Assembly: GCA_016839445.1 (NCBI GenBank)
Contig: JAEOUG010000063.1
Coordinates: forward strand, 1-35,359
Source of the DNA: Candidatus Thorarchaeota archaeon
GTDB lineage: Archaea; Asgardarchaeota; Thorarchaeia; Thorarchaeales; Thorarchaeaceae
DNA length: 35,359 nucleotides
Reading direction: 5' to 3'
In this document: piece by piece, positions 1 to 7,625 of the stretch
Position numbering within the stretch: the first letter of the stretch is position 1
How the letters are laid out: every line of letters begins with the position of its first letter
The notes under the pieces: model-generated
Told to the model about the DNA's origin: nothing
The model's database searches: none
Seen by the model: only the letters and a program-made list of their open reading frames with translations
Made by a program: the position numbers and the translations under genes

Positions 1-3000
1 CGGAGTAGTGTCCGAAACCGAGTTGTAGCCTGGAATGATTGGGAGGATTGGCGTCTGAACGCTCCAGAGATGGTCCCAGGACCCTGATGTTACATCGCGC
101 ATCCCCTCACGATCGATTGCCAGGCTCATGGCCTGTCGGACAATTGCTTGGGTCATGTGGGGGTTTTGATGATTAGTGAGCGCCACTGCCCAGCCAGTCT
201 GCTCTATGCCAACCTCGATGTTGTCGCGACCCCAGAGAACCCAGAAGGGCTGTTCCTCAACCCATATGTGCTGGAGTTCCTCCAGGATATCGAGTGCCTC
301 CTGTCCGATAGGTCCAGAGAGGTCAGGAGGACTCGGGTAGTTTGCATTCCAGTCTATTCCAAGCGCAAGAAGGTCGGAAACTAGGGAATCGTAGGTCGGG
401 TCATCGTACCCGTGGCACGTGGTCGAGTCTGAGGTGCCTAGTTCGAACCTAGGCATGTACCCAATCGATGGCAACCCCATTACTGCAATGTCAAATCCTT
501 GAATGGCCCACTGAGGAGGTGCTGAGGCAACCCAGCCATCATTATTATCGGTGAAGTCATCGCGAGCATGACCGGTCACCTCCACCCAATCTATTCTACA
601 CGCACCGTCAGTGCTGAGGAAGCCATCCTGATCGCTGTTCCAACCGTCAGAGTGGAATCTGAAACGTATCTCAACATCCAAACCTGAATACACACTCAGG
701 TCAAGCACATGAGACTCGAAGCCCGCAGAAGCACCTTGCAGGCCTGCCAGAGTCACCCAGTCCACGCCATCTGTTGAAATCTGGACTTCGACATAATCAC
801 TAGCACTCTCAGTGTCATACTGAATGGAGTAGCTAAGCGAAACCGGCCCAGAGGGCAGATGAAAGGCTTTGGTCAGCCAATCTTCCCAGAGAGTGCCATA
901 GCCGGGCGGAGTGGAAGCCAGACTCCATTGATCATACTCGCTATCGTAGCCTGCACAATACATGACCCCCTCACTTTCGTAGATAGAGTGACGGAAATGA
1001 GGTTGATAGGAAACCTGCGTCCACACTGGTGGACCTGACGGGCTCGGCCCCTCCAACCCGTATATTCCACGGTAGATTACACCTTTGGTCCAATATAGCC
1101 AAGGCATCTCATGGACTATGCACTCAATCCCAATCTCACGAAGGTTAGATGCGATCCAATTCGCTCGCATGATGCCCATGGGTGACTCCTGAGCCACCAA
1201 GATATTCATGGTGAACAAGGGGTCCCCAGTGACCGTCGGGTAGTCTGCGGATTGAGGAGTACCAAGAGCAAACCAGGACAGAGATGATACCGAAGCGCAG
1301 ATAATATTGTGCTCGGTATCAACAGGGATTATGGTAACATCTACCCACTCCCAGATGCCCGGAGCGGTTTCCTCATAATGAAAGATTCTCAGATTCTCTT
1401 CCTCAGCGAGTGTCATGCCAGCATCATCGTACTCCATGAATACCTTCACTTCTCCAGTATGGTCGACCGTTGTAGTGATGTCATAGTATAGCCCAATAGA
1501 ATTGAATCCTGAAACAGGAGCGGGTTGGGTCGGACTCACATGAACGCTGGTCTCACCAGAGCTTGTTACTCCTTGTACCGTCACGTACACGTTCTGGCGA
1601 CCATCACCGCTTGTGTCAAAGCCATCTGTGAAACACCAGTGGTTCTCCGCATAATCCGCATCTAGCAACTCGATGCTCACGAAGGCAGGAGGGCTTTCGA
1701 AAAACCCGTCAGTGACCACAAATGACAGCAGATAGTATCCAGGCACATCTGGTAGGAATCTCATTCCACAGAAGGGGTCACCCCAAAATGAGTCAATTTC
1801 TGCCGTACTATCCTCTGGTTTCGTTATTACGTTCCAGTATCCCCAGAGCGCTTTGCCATCCGGGTCGCTTCCATATCCGGAAAGCAAGAAATTGGGTAAC
1901 TCACCACTCCCTCCTGAATGAATCTCCTCACGACCCAAGACGAGATCTTCAACCAATCCTCCCTGATAGTAGAATGCTGCACTTGCTATTGGCGGGCTCC
2001 CTCCAGATGAAACATAGACATCTTCACTACCATAGCGCTCATCAACATAGCAGACCAAGTCGCCGTAGAAGTGACTCATGGTCTGGTCAGAGGTGTGGTT
2101 GGACACCTGAAAGGCTCTGTTTGTGGACAGAGAGTAGATGTAGACATCCATATTGCCTTCGATGTTGCTCTCGAAGGTAATTCGGTTGCCATCAGTAACG
2201 GGATGGTGGTTATCAAATCCACCACCTTGTATCGACCGATACTCACCAGTATCCATGTTCTTGGCCATGACGTCAACACTTGATGATCCGTACCTCGCTG
2301 AGCTCCATGCAATCCATGAACCACTTGTGGAAGGCTCCAATTCATCGTAGTCCGCTTTTTCTGTGACTGTTAGTATGCAATCGGCCATCAAGTCATAGGC
2401 CATTATGTCAAATTGCTGGGTAGGGTAGTCGTACTCAGCCCACACTACAAACCTATCACCTACCTCAAGAGTGAACGTGGGCGGGTCAGGACCAGCCAAT
2501 AGCACAGGTTCCCTTGTGGTGCCTAGCCAGTTAATATTGTACAGCCAGACGCTGGAGTCAAAAGATGGTCCCTCTCTCCATACCACTATGTCCCCATGAA
2601 TCCGCGTCTCTCGCATTTGTAATGACGTGCCAAGAGCAGCCTCTTCTCCAGTAGAGATATCATAAAGCACGACCCTGCCATTTAGTGAATACCTACTGTC
2701 ATAGGAGGTGTAAACAATGAAATTGCCTGAAATGTCGGGCATGCATTCATCTCTGTCACCACTGGTGACCTGCATGGCTGGACCAAAGGGAGTCCCGTCG
2801 TCCAGAAGTCGTTGATACCAAACATTGCCCGGCCCCCACCGACCTTCATCGTCGCGAGTCATTACTGTATAGACAACTATGTAGGATATTCCATCGTGTC
2901 CCAACCGGGGCATATTCTCATAGAGAATCGATGCTGTGATTCGATGCTCTGTCACGCCAGACGCTTCTGCAAAGGACGGGGATTCCACAATGTGTGGATC

Positions 3001-3123
3001 GCCTTCAGTCGTATCACCAGATTGTGCCTCAGGAGCGCTAGCAGTGCTCATCAGCAAGAGCAATCCAACAACAGCAAATAGACCCAACAGCATGGTGTGA
3101 TGTCGACCAGTTCGATATGTCAT
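1..3123 (-). CDS. Large secreted mosaic protein (3'-partial, >1041 aa): signal peptide, TolB-like beta-propeller, PKD/Ig-like domain, beta-sandwich, family-5 solute-binding-protein-like region with an inserted MAM/InhA-like jelly-roll
   Basis: Hand translation: no stop from ATG at 3123 (preceded by GAGAGGA) to position 1, so it is missing from the ORF track. N-terminus is MTYRTGRHHTMLLGLFAVVGLLLLMSTASA. Propeller-like repeats: PDISGNFIVY, IHGDIVVW, VGDRFVVW, TSGSWIAW, TDGNRITF, FYGDLVCY. PKD-like: SDPDG...FLPDVPGYYLLSFVVTDG. Jelly-roll-like: YDTES..DYVEVQISTDGVDW...DLSVYSG..VEIRFRFHSDG. SBP5-like: VRQAMSLAIDR. Confidence 0.85.
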   Translation of the reverse strand, partial: MTYRTGRHHTMLLGLFAVVGLLLLMSTASAPEAQSGDTTEGDPHIVESPSFAEASGVTEHRITASILYENMPRLGHDGISYIVVYTVMTRDDEGRWGPGNVWYQRLLDDGTPFGPAMQVTSGDRDECMPDISGNFIVYTSYDSRYSLNGRVVLYDISTGEEAALGTSLQMRETRIHGDIVVWREGPSFDSSVWLYNINWLGTTREPVLLAGPDPPTFTLEVGDRFVVWAEYDYPTQQFDIMAYDLMADCILTVTEKADYDELEPSTSGSWIAWSSARYGSSSVDVMAKNMDTGEYRSIQGGGFDNHHPVTDGNRITFESNIEGNMDVYIYSLSTNRAFQVSNHTSDQTMSHFYGDLVCYVDERYGSEDVYVSSGGSPPIASAAFYYQGGLVEDLVLGREEIHSGGSGELPNFLLSGYGSDPDGKALWGYWNVITKPEDSTAEIDSFWGDPFCGMRFLPDVPGYYLLSFVVTDGFFESPPAFVSIELLDADYAENHWCFTDGFDTSGDGRQNVYVTVQGVTSSGETSVHVSPTQPAPVSGFNSIGLYYDITTTVDHTGEVKVFMEYDDAGMTLAEEENLRIFHYEETAPGIWEWVDVTIIPVDTEHNIICASVSSLSWFALGTPQSADYPTVTGDPLFTMNILVAQESPMGIMRANWIASNLREIGIECIVHEMPWLYWTKGVIYRGIYGLEGPSPSGPPVWTQVSYQPHFRHSIYESEGVMYCAGYDSEYDQWSLASTPPGYGTLWEDWLTKAFHLPSGPVSLSYSIQYDTESASDYVEVQISTDGVDWVTLAGLQGASAGFESHVLDLSVYSGLDVEIRFRFHSDGWNSDQDGFLSTDGACRIDWVEVTGHARDDFTDNNDGWVASAPPQWAIQGFDIAVMGLPSIGYMPRFELGTSDSTTCHGYDDPTYDSLVSDLLALGIDWNANYPSPPDLSGPIGQEALDILEELQHIWVEEQPFWVLWGRDNIEVGIEQTGWAVALTNHQNPHMTQAIVRQAMSLAIDREGMRDVTSGSWDHLWSVQTPILPIIPGYNSVSDTTP

Positions 3124-3256
3124 TCCTCTCTCAGCTCTCCTCTCCGCTACACCATCACCCAGAAGAAGTCGAAGAGGTCCCAGCCGGCACCACACGAGTG
3201 AATCATGGCCTTCGTTGTGCAAACGTAGTTCTGGGAAGCAGATTGTGTAATGATAC

Positions 3257-3309
3257 TTACGCGTAACAGGCATGATATAAGTCATGCGATTACTGGAACA
3301 TGTGTTCCA
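3257..3309. promoter_or_regulatory. Cluster of three palindromes in a divergent promoter region
   Basis: TTACGCGTAA (3257-3266); GCATGA-TATAAG-TCATGC (3270-3287), enclosing a TATA-like hexamer; TGGAAC-ATGT-GTTCCA (3294-3309). Confidence 0.5.
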
Positions 3310-3399
3310 ACCTTCTTACTACAAGACGAAATCCCACAGGCAGACCGCAAAACGGAGACTTGTGCAAGGTCCTTGTTTCAGATGACTAAATAGGGGCGT

Positions 3400-4323
3400 T
3401 TGCTCGGTCGCATGCTGTTGATCCCGATGAAATCAAAGACAACCTGCGCAGTCACATACCCAATTGTCGCTGCGCTCCTGAAAGCTGATGAATTCCTTGG
3501 CCCGAAGTTTCAAGGGTTCTCACCCGTTAACGCAATGCAGGAGAGGTTCCTGAAGGAGTTCTATGAGGCGAGCAGAAGCGATCTATCGCGATTCTCTGAA
3601 GATGAGATTGAGAGCATTGCCTCCACGAAAAGCGACGAGATGAACAAGTGGCTTGAGAAGCGGGGATTCAGCATCAAGCTCAACCCCTTCGATGAGGATG
3701 GATTCGGCGTTGCGAGTATGCTGAGCATTCTCGGCGAGTGGGCGAAGAAAGGAGCAAAGTACTCGGTCAAGACGGAGGATGGAGTATACTATCCAGGAGT
3801 GAAGATGACCAACTACGGACTTGGATTCTACCGTATACCAGACTCTGAGCACATGATAATCGAGATCGAGACACGGGGTAGCGACCGTGTATACCTCATG
3901 ATGGCCGAGGCGGGACCAACTGACCTTGACCTAGTAGAGCAGGTCGAAAATATCCGGAAGAAGATGAGGCCAGTAGAATCAGAATACAGCGGCGTGGCGT
4001 TCCCGAAGATAGACCTCGATATGAAGGCAGAAATCGACTGGCTTCTCCATCTACGACTTCAAGTGAGGGGCGAGTCCCTTCCGTACTATCAAATCGTTCA
4101 GGCGCTGCAGCAGACGAAACTGAAAATGAATGAGATTGGATTCCACGTCAAGAGCGCAGTGGCCATGGGTGCAATACTCTCTGCACCACTGAAGAGAGCG
4201 GAGCCCTATGTTATCAATAGGCCGTTCCTGATGTGGATTGAGAGACCTCAGTTCGCCAAGCCACTCTTTGCGGTATATCTGGACAAGGATGTCTGGAAGG
4301 AACCAGAGAACCTGGAGATGTAG
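3400..4323 (+). CDS. Divergent, short serpin-like protein (true start probably ATG 3427)
   Basis: C-terminal half follows the serpin pattern: FPKIDL...IVQALQQTKLKMNEIG...SAVAMG...YVINRPFLMWI...PLF. Confidence 0.7.
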   Translation: MLGRMLLIPMKSKTTCAVTYPIVAALLKADEFLGPKFQGFSPVNAMQERFLKEFYEASRSDLSRFSEDEIESIASTKSDEMNKWLEKRGFSIKLNPFDEDGFGVASMLSILGEWAKKGAKYSVKTEDGVYYPGVKMTNYGLGFYRIPDSEHMIIEIETRGSDRVYLMMAEAGPTDLDLVEQVENIRKKMRPVESEYSGVAFPKIDLDMKAEIDWLLHLRLQVRGESLPYYQIVQALQQTKLKMNEIGFHVKSAVAMGAILSAPLKRAEPYVINRPFLMWIERPQFAKPLFAVYLDKDVWKEPENLEM

Positions 4324-4533
4324 TAGTGCCCTATTCAGTCGGAGCAAATACCACAGAGTGGTCTGCCTAGCCTTGAGATACGAGAACATGTGTGATAGCA
4401 GAAGTCACATGCGGGACAGCTCGTGTGCAGACTTGCTTTGTCAGATATAAGAATTAAGATATAATCATGCTCAGTTCCCATCCGGGGCAGGTAACAGGCG
4501 TATTGCCAGCAGAAGACACGTCTACTCGCCAGA

Positions 4534-4549
4534 CTGAACACGTGTTTCA
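4534..4549. promoter_or_regulatory. GAAC-N4-GTTY palindromic site
   Basis: CTGAAC-ACGT-GTTTCA, intergenic, upstream of the 4598 ORF; same core as sites at 3294 and 6688. Confidence 0.45.
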
Positions 4550-4597
4550 GGAGTACGTTGATTAGGCCCCGCACAATGGCACCCATGTGAGTAGGAG

Positions 4598-5068
4598 ATG
4601 CTCCAAGAACAAGAATCCCCTCGACCAAGAATCATGAGTATTGGATGGGAGAACCAGATGATACTGATCCTCCAGGGAGTATCTGCATTCATGGTTGTGC
4701 AGAACCTGATGACTCTCCTTCTGTACACAGGCACCTATCTCGTCACAGGTCTCATCGCGGGCTACTGGATCTGGGGTGTCTTCATGTTGTCCCTGTACGC
4801 ATTCGGATTCGTTCAGGCAGCGCTATTCATCATATGGGTCCTAAGAGGAACGCCCGTTCCGAGAGCCTACATCGTGGACACCTTCACGCTGTCTCTTGCC
4901 GCGCTCTCTGCCACCTACTGGTATCTCGTGCAGCCAATCGCTCTCAATGCATGGCTTGGGCAATACTACCTTCCAGTGCTTGGAATCAATGTGGCAATCC
5001 TTGCCTTCAGAGGGCTGGTGTTCGTGAGAAGCCGAGAGGGCGCTTCGGCCACACCAGTTCGCGATTGA
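4598..5068 (+). CDS. Hypothetical multi-pass membrane protein (start may be ATG 4634)
   Basis: 156-aa ORF with 4-5 hydrophobic segments; AT-rich TATA-like tract at ~4445-4465 upstream. Confidence 0.7.
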   Translation: MLQEQESPRPRIMSIGWENQMILILQGVSAFMVVQNLMTLLLYTGTYLVTGLIAGYWIWGVFMLSLYAFGFVQAALFIIWVLRGTPVPRAYIVDTFTLSLAALSATYWYLVQPIALNAWLGQYYLPVLGINVAILAFRGLVFVRSREGASATPVRD

Positions 5069-5163
5069 GCTCTGCTACTCGAAGACCGCGTCCCCTCTCT
5101 ATAGAGCAAGACCGTGACTTCCCACAGCAGTCCGCCGGTAGAACAGGTTTGCCCGTATTCAAG

Positions 5164-6594
5164 CTACCCTCTCTGCCGCCTGACGACGAGCGCAATCAGG
5201 ATAACCGCCACTGGTATCCCCACGGCTATCGCGAGCAGCTCGGGTGAAATGGGCAGTCCCCCTGATGTGCCCCCAGTAGTGGTGGTAGTACTCGTCGACG
5301 ATGTTGCGGAAGTGGTGGGAACGACAACGGTCTCGGCTTCGTCATTGTCGTAGTTGCCAATCTCGATAGTACTTGCATAGAGATAGCCGGTCTGACACTG
5401 CTGAATCACAGTGTCATTCCTGAAGATTGTGAACCACTCGTGCGGGAACGCAGTCTCATTCCAGTAGAGGAAGACCCATTCGTTCACTCCATCGCCGTCA
5501 AGGTCGTCGATATCAATGGATGTGTATCCTCCAGAGTACCAATGGTTGTCATGCACAAGAGAGATGTTGAAGGTGTTGACAATGCTGTCGTCAACGGTCT
5601 CGTAGATGTATATGAGATCGGCAACCGGATCCGGCACTACGATGTCAATCAGTTCGTCACCTGTGATGTCCCCCGCCATGACGCAGTTTGGCTGTTCACT
5701 GAGTAGAGGACAGCTCCATGATTTCACGAAGACGCCTCCTGTGTACTCAAGGACATGCACGAGCTCTTGGTCCTGATTGACGAGTACCTCGTTCTCATCG
5801 TCGTTATCCACGTCTGCGATCTGCACCTGGTCGACGTGGTTCAGGAAATCACCAGTGACGAATCCGTAGTTCCTGATGTTCTCCCAATGATCCGTCTGCC
5901 AGTCATAAAGCCTGAGGCGAGACACGCCGTCTGCATCAGGGAACTCTTCGGTGACCAAGAACTCAAGGTCGCCGTTATTGTCAAGGTCCCCGACGGCACA
6001 TGCGGTCCCCCATACATTCCGTGGGTCTGTAGACGAGATGTTGAAGACAGGACAGTAAGTGTCGCCAACCATCTTGAATACGACTGAATGGAAGTGAGAA
6101 CCCACCGAGGCAAGAATCTCAAGGTCCGGGCCACCATCGTTATCGAGGTCTCCTGCAGCAACCGAGTGCACTTGGCATCCGTCCCATGTGGGGTGCGTGA
6201 GATTGTGCGATAGTACCATGACGCCGTCTTGATACTCGTAGATTTGGACCAGGTCACCGCTATTCCCCACGATGACTTCGTTGTCTCCGTCGCCATCAAC
6301 ATCCGTTATGATGAGGTCGTTGACCAACCCGAAGCCAGGGTCATAGACATCAAAGGAATAGTCATCTTGCCAGACGTCATCGACGTTCTCCCAAGCAGTC
6401 ACATCATGAACTGAGTAGTCGCCTCCAAAGAGGATCTCAATTCCAGAGGTCGTATAGTCGGCCGGCCACTCGTTGCTAACAGCTGCCGGTTCTACAAGAG
6501 TGTTCAGAGGAGCTGCAAGTAGCGCCACTTGAAACACAAGCAAAAAGACCGCAAGGGCCGGAATACTGACTCTTCTCCACGCTCTCCATATCAC
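5164..6594 (-). CDS. FG-GAP/VCBS-repeat (integrin-alpha-like) beta-propeller surface protein, membrane anchored
   Basis: Signal peptide; repeats DVDGDGDNEVIVG, GDLDNDG, GDLDNNGDLEFLV, ADVDNDDENEVLV, GDITGDELIDIVV, DDLDGDGVNEWVF, GNYDND; Thr/Ser linker, TM helix and RRQRG tail. Confidence 0.85.
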   Translation of the reverse strand: MIWRAWRRVSIPALAVFLLVFQVALLAAPLNTLVEPAAVSNEWPADYTTSGIEILFGGDYSVHDVTAWENVDDVWQDDYSFDVYDPGFGLVNDLIITDVDGDGDNEVIVGNSGDLVQIYEYQDGVMVLSHNLTHPTWDGCQVHSVAAGDLDNDGGPDLEILASVGSHFHSVVFKMVGDTYCPVFNISSTDPRNVWGTACAVGDLDNNGDLEFLVTEEFPDADGVSRLRLYDWQTDHWENIRNYGFVTGDFLNHVDQVQIADVDNDDENEVLVNQDQELVHVLEYTGGVFVKSWSCPLLSEQPNCVMAGDITGDELIDIVVPDPVADLIYIYETVDDSIVNTFNISLVHDNHWYSGGYTSIDIDDLDGDGVNEWVFLYWNETAFPHEWFTIFRNDTVIQQCQTGYLYASTIEIGNYDNDEAETVVVPTTSATSSTSTTTTTGGTSGGLPISPELLAIAVGIPVAVILIALVVRRQRG

Positions 6595-6687
6595 TTCATA
6601 ACCCTCCAGAGCGTGGAGCGAATAGGTGAAACCATTACTTAAGTATTAGGACTAAGTGCTCTCGTTCCGCCCTCTCATCCGAATCAC

Positions 6688-6703
6688 TAGAACACGTGTT
6701 CTA
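6688..6703. promoter_or_regulatory. Perfect 16-bp palindrome TAGAACACGTGTTCTA
   Basis: Read directly; intergenic, ~95 bp upstream of the FG-GAP gene. Confidence 0.55.
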
Positions 6704-6757
6704 ACGAGTCGGTTCATGGAGTTCAGCCAACTGACTGCAGAAGAAACAGATGATCTA

Positions 6758-6877
6758 TCAGGCCTTAGTGGCGGCCTCAAGCCGTTCCTGCCTGAGCCGG
6801 GCCTGACGCAGACGGTGCCTCCTGAGGAGCGTACGACTTCCAGCGGATCTGTCAAGTTTGGTCTTGCGCACGGACAT
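6758..6877 (-). CDS. Small Arg-rich basic protein, 39 aa (MSVRKTKLDRSAGSRTLLRRHRLRQARLRQERLEAATKA)
   Basis: Hand translation; ATG 6877 preceded by GGAGATG, TGA at 6758-6760; below the ORF-track length cutoff. Confidence 0.5.
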   Translation of the reverse strand: MSVRKTKLDRSAGSRTLLRRHRLRQARLRQERLEAATKA

Positions 6878-6896
6878 GGTCAGTTCATCTCCAGAG

Positions 6897-6998
6897 CCGG
6901 CATGGTGTGGGGGACAAGCCTAGGGGAGCCCGCCCCCACTGTGTCTCTGATGCCGGGAGGTGCACGGAGACAGCGAATGACCTCATTCGAAAATGAGG
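6897..6998 (-). other. Structured intercistronic RNA: a UUCG hairpin plus a long GC-rich hairpin
   Basis: Minus strand: CCUCAUU-UUCG-AAUGAGG (6981-6998); outer stem CCGGCAU/AUGCCGG (6950-6956/6897-6903) enclosing GUGGGGGCGGGCU-CCCCUA-GGCUUGUCCCCCAC. The G.U pairs in the inner stem form only on the minus strand. Confidence 0.5.
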
Positions 6999-7010
6999 AG
7001 CATAATGATG

Positions 7011-7154
7011 TCAGGAACTCGCGTACAGGTACCGCAGACTCTGGGCGTCCTGGTCTGTCGGCTCACGGTCGCTATCGAGCAGTCCATAGAGGACGTTGAG
7101 AACTTCGGCGTTCTTCTGGAGGGTGGATGTCGGTCGGGTTTCGCTGTCGGTCAT
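7011..7154 (-). CDS. Small protein, 47 aa (MTDSETRPTSTLQKNAEVLNVLYGLLDSDREPTDQDAQSLRYLYASS)
   Basis: Hand translation; GGAG ~9 nt before the ATG, TTTTATTT TATA-like box at ~7218-7225, C/G-ending codon bias, helix-like amphipathic pattern. Confidence 0.6.
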   Translation of the reverse strand: MTDSETRPTSTLQKNAEVLNVLYGLLDSDREPTDQDAQSLRYLYASS

Positions 7155-7625
7155 TTCGCTTGCTCCGTGCGTATTCTGGTTGTGTGGTACAACTAACCTC
7201 TACTACGAGTGGAAACCAAATAAAAGTAAGCGTTATGCACAGAGTACAAGGATATCACCCACGTAATACGCGGAGAGACATGTAGATACGACTGCCCCAG
7301 AGTGGGCTCCTGTGGCCTCATAGGGCTGTTGACAGGGGTCTGCAAAACGTGTTCCACAAGAAGGAGGGGGGACAGGGCCTCGAGCAGATCAGGCCCACGG
7401 GGACCCGATTTTGAGGGATGCAGTTCCGCGGAGGCCCATGGTCTGCAATGAAGGTAGTGTTGAAGTCTCGACTGCATTTTCAGGAAGCCGGTGAACCCTT
7501 CTATTCCGGAGGGCACCCATCTGGAGGAGAGGGATATCCTCACAATACTTAATTCACGTCTTTTCGGGGACTTCCACATACCTACGTCTTGCGATGTTAG
7601 GAGGACGAAGGAGAAGAATGACACC

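Noticed and set aside
4645-5247. 200-aa plus-strand ORF
   Set aside because: It overlaps the membrane ORF in another frame and the FG-GAP 3' end; its composition is typical of a shadow frame.
6897-6956. SECIS element
   Set aside because: It lacks the UGA/GA kink-turn quartet with apical AA, and no in-frame TGA selenoprotein candidate was seen nearby.
6656-7099. 147-aa plus-strand ORF
   Set aside because: No recognisable motifs or SD; the minus-strand micro-ORFs and strand-specific hairpins explain the region better.
7151-7192. 13-codon TTG uORF overlapping the 47-aa start (ATGA)
   Set aside because: Too short to distinguish from chance; SD spacing is poor and it lies at the predicted TSS.
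7290-7530. GC-rich intergenic stretch: possible SRP/RNase P RNA, cobalamin riboswitch (GGAAGCCGGTGAA) or IS end (GGGCTGTTGACA)
   Set aside because: Only short isolated similarities; the required companion motifs, a paired TIR and a transposase were not found. An Infernal search would be needed.
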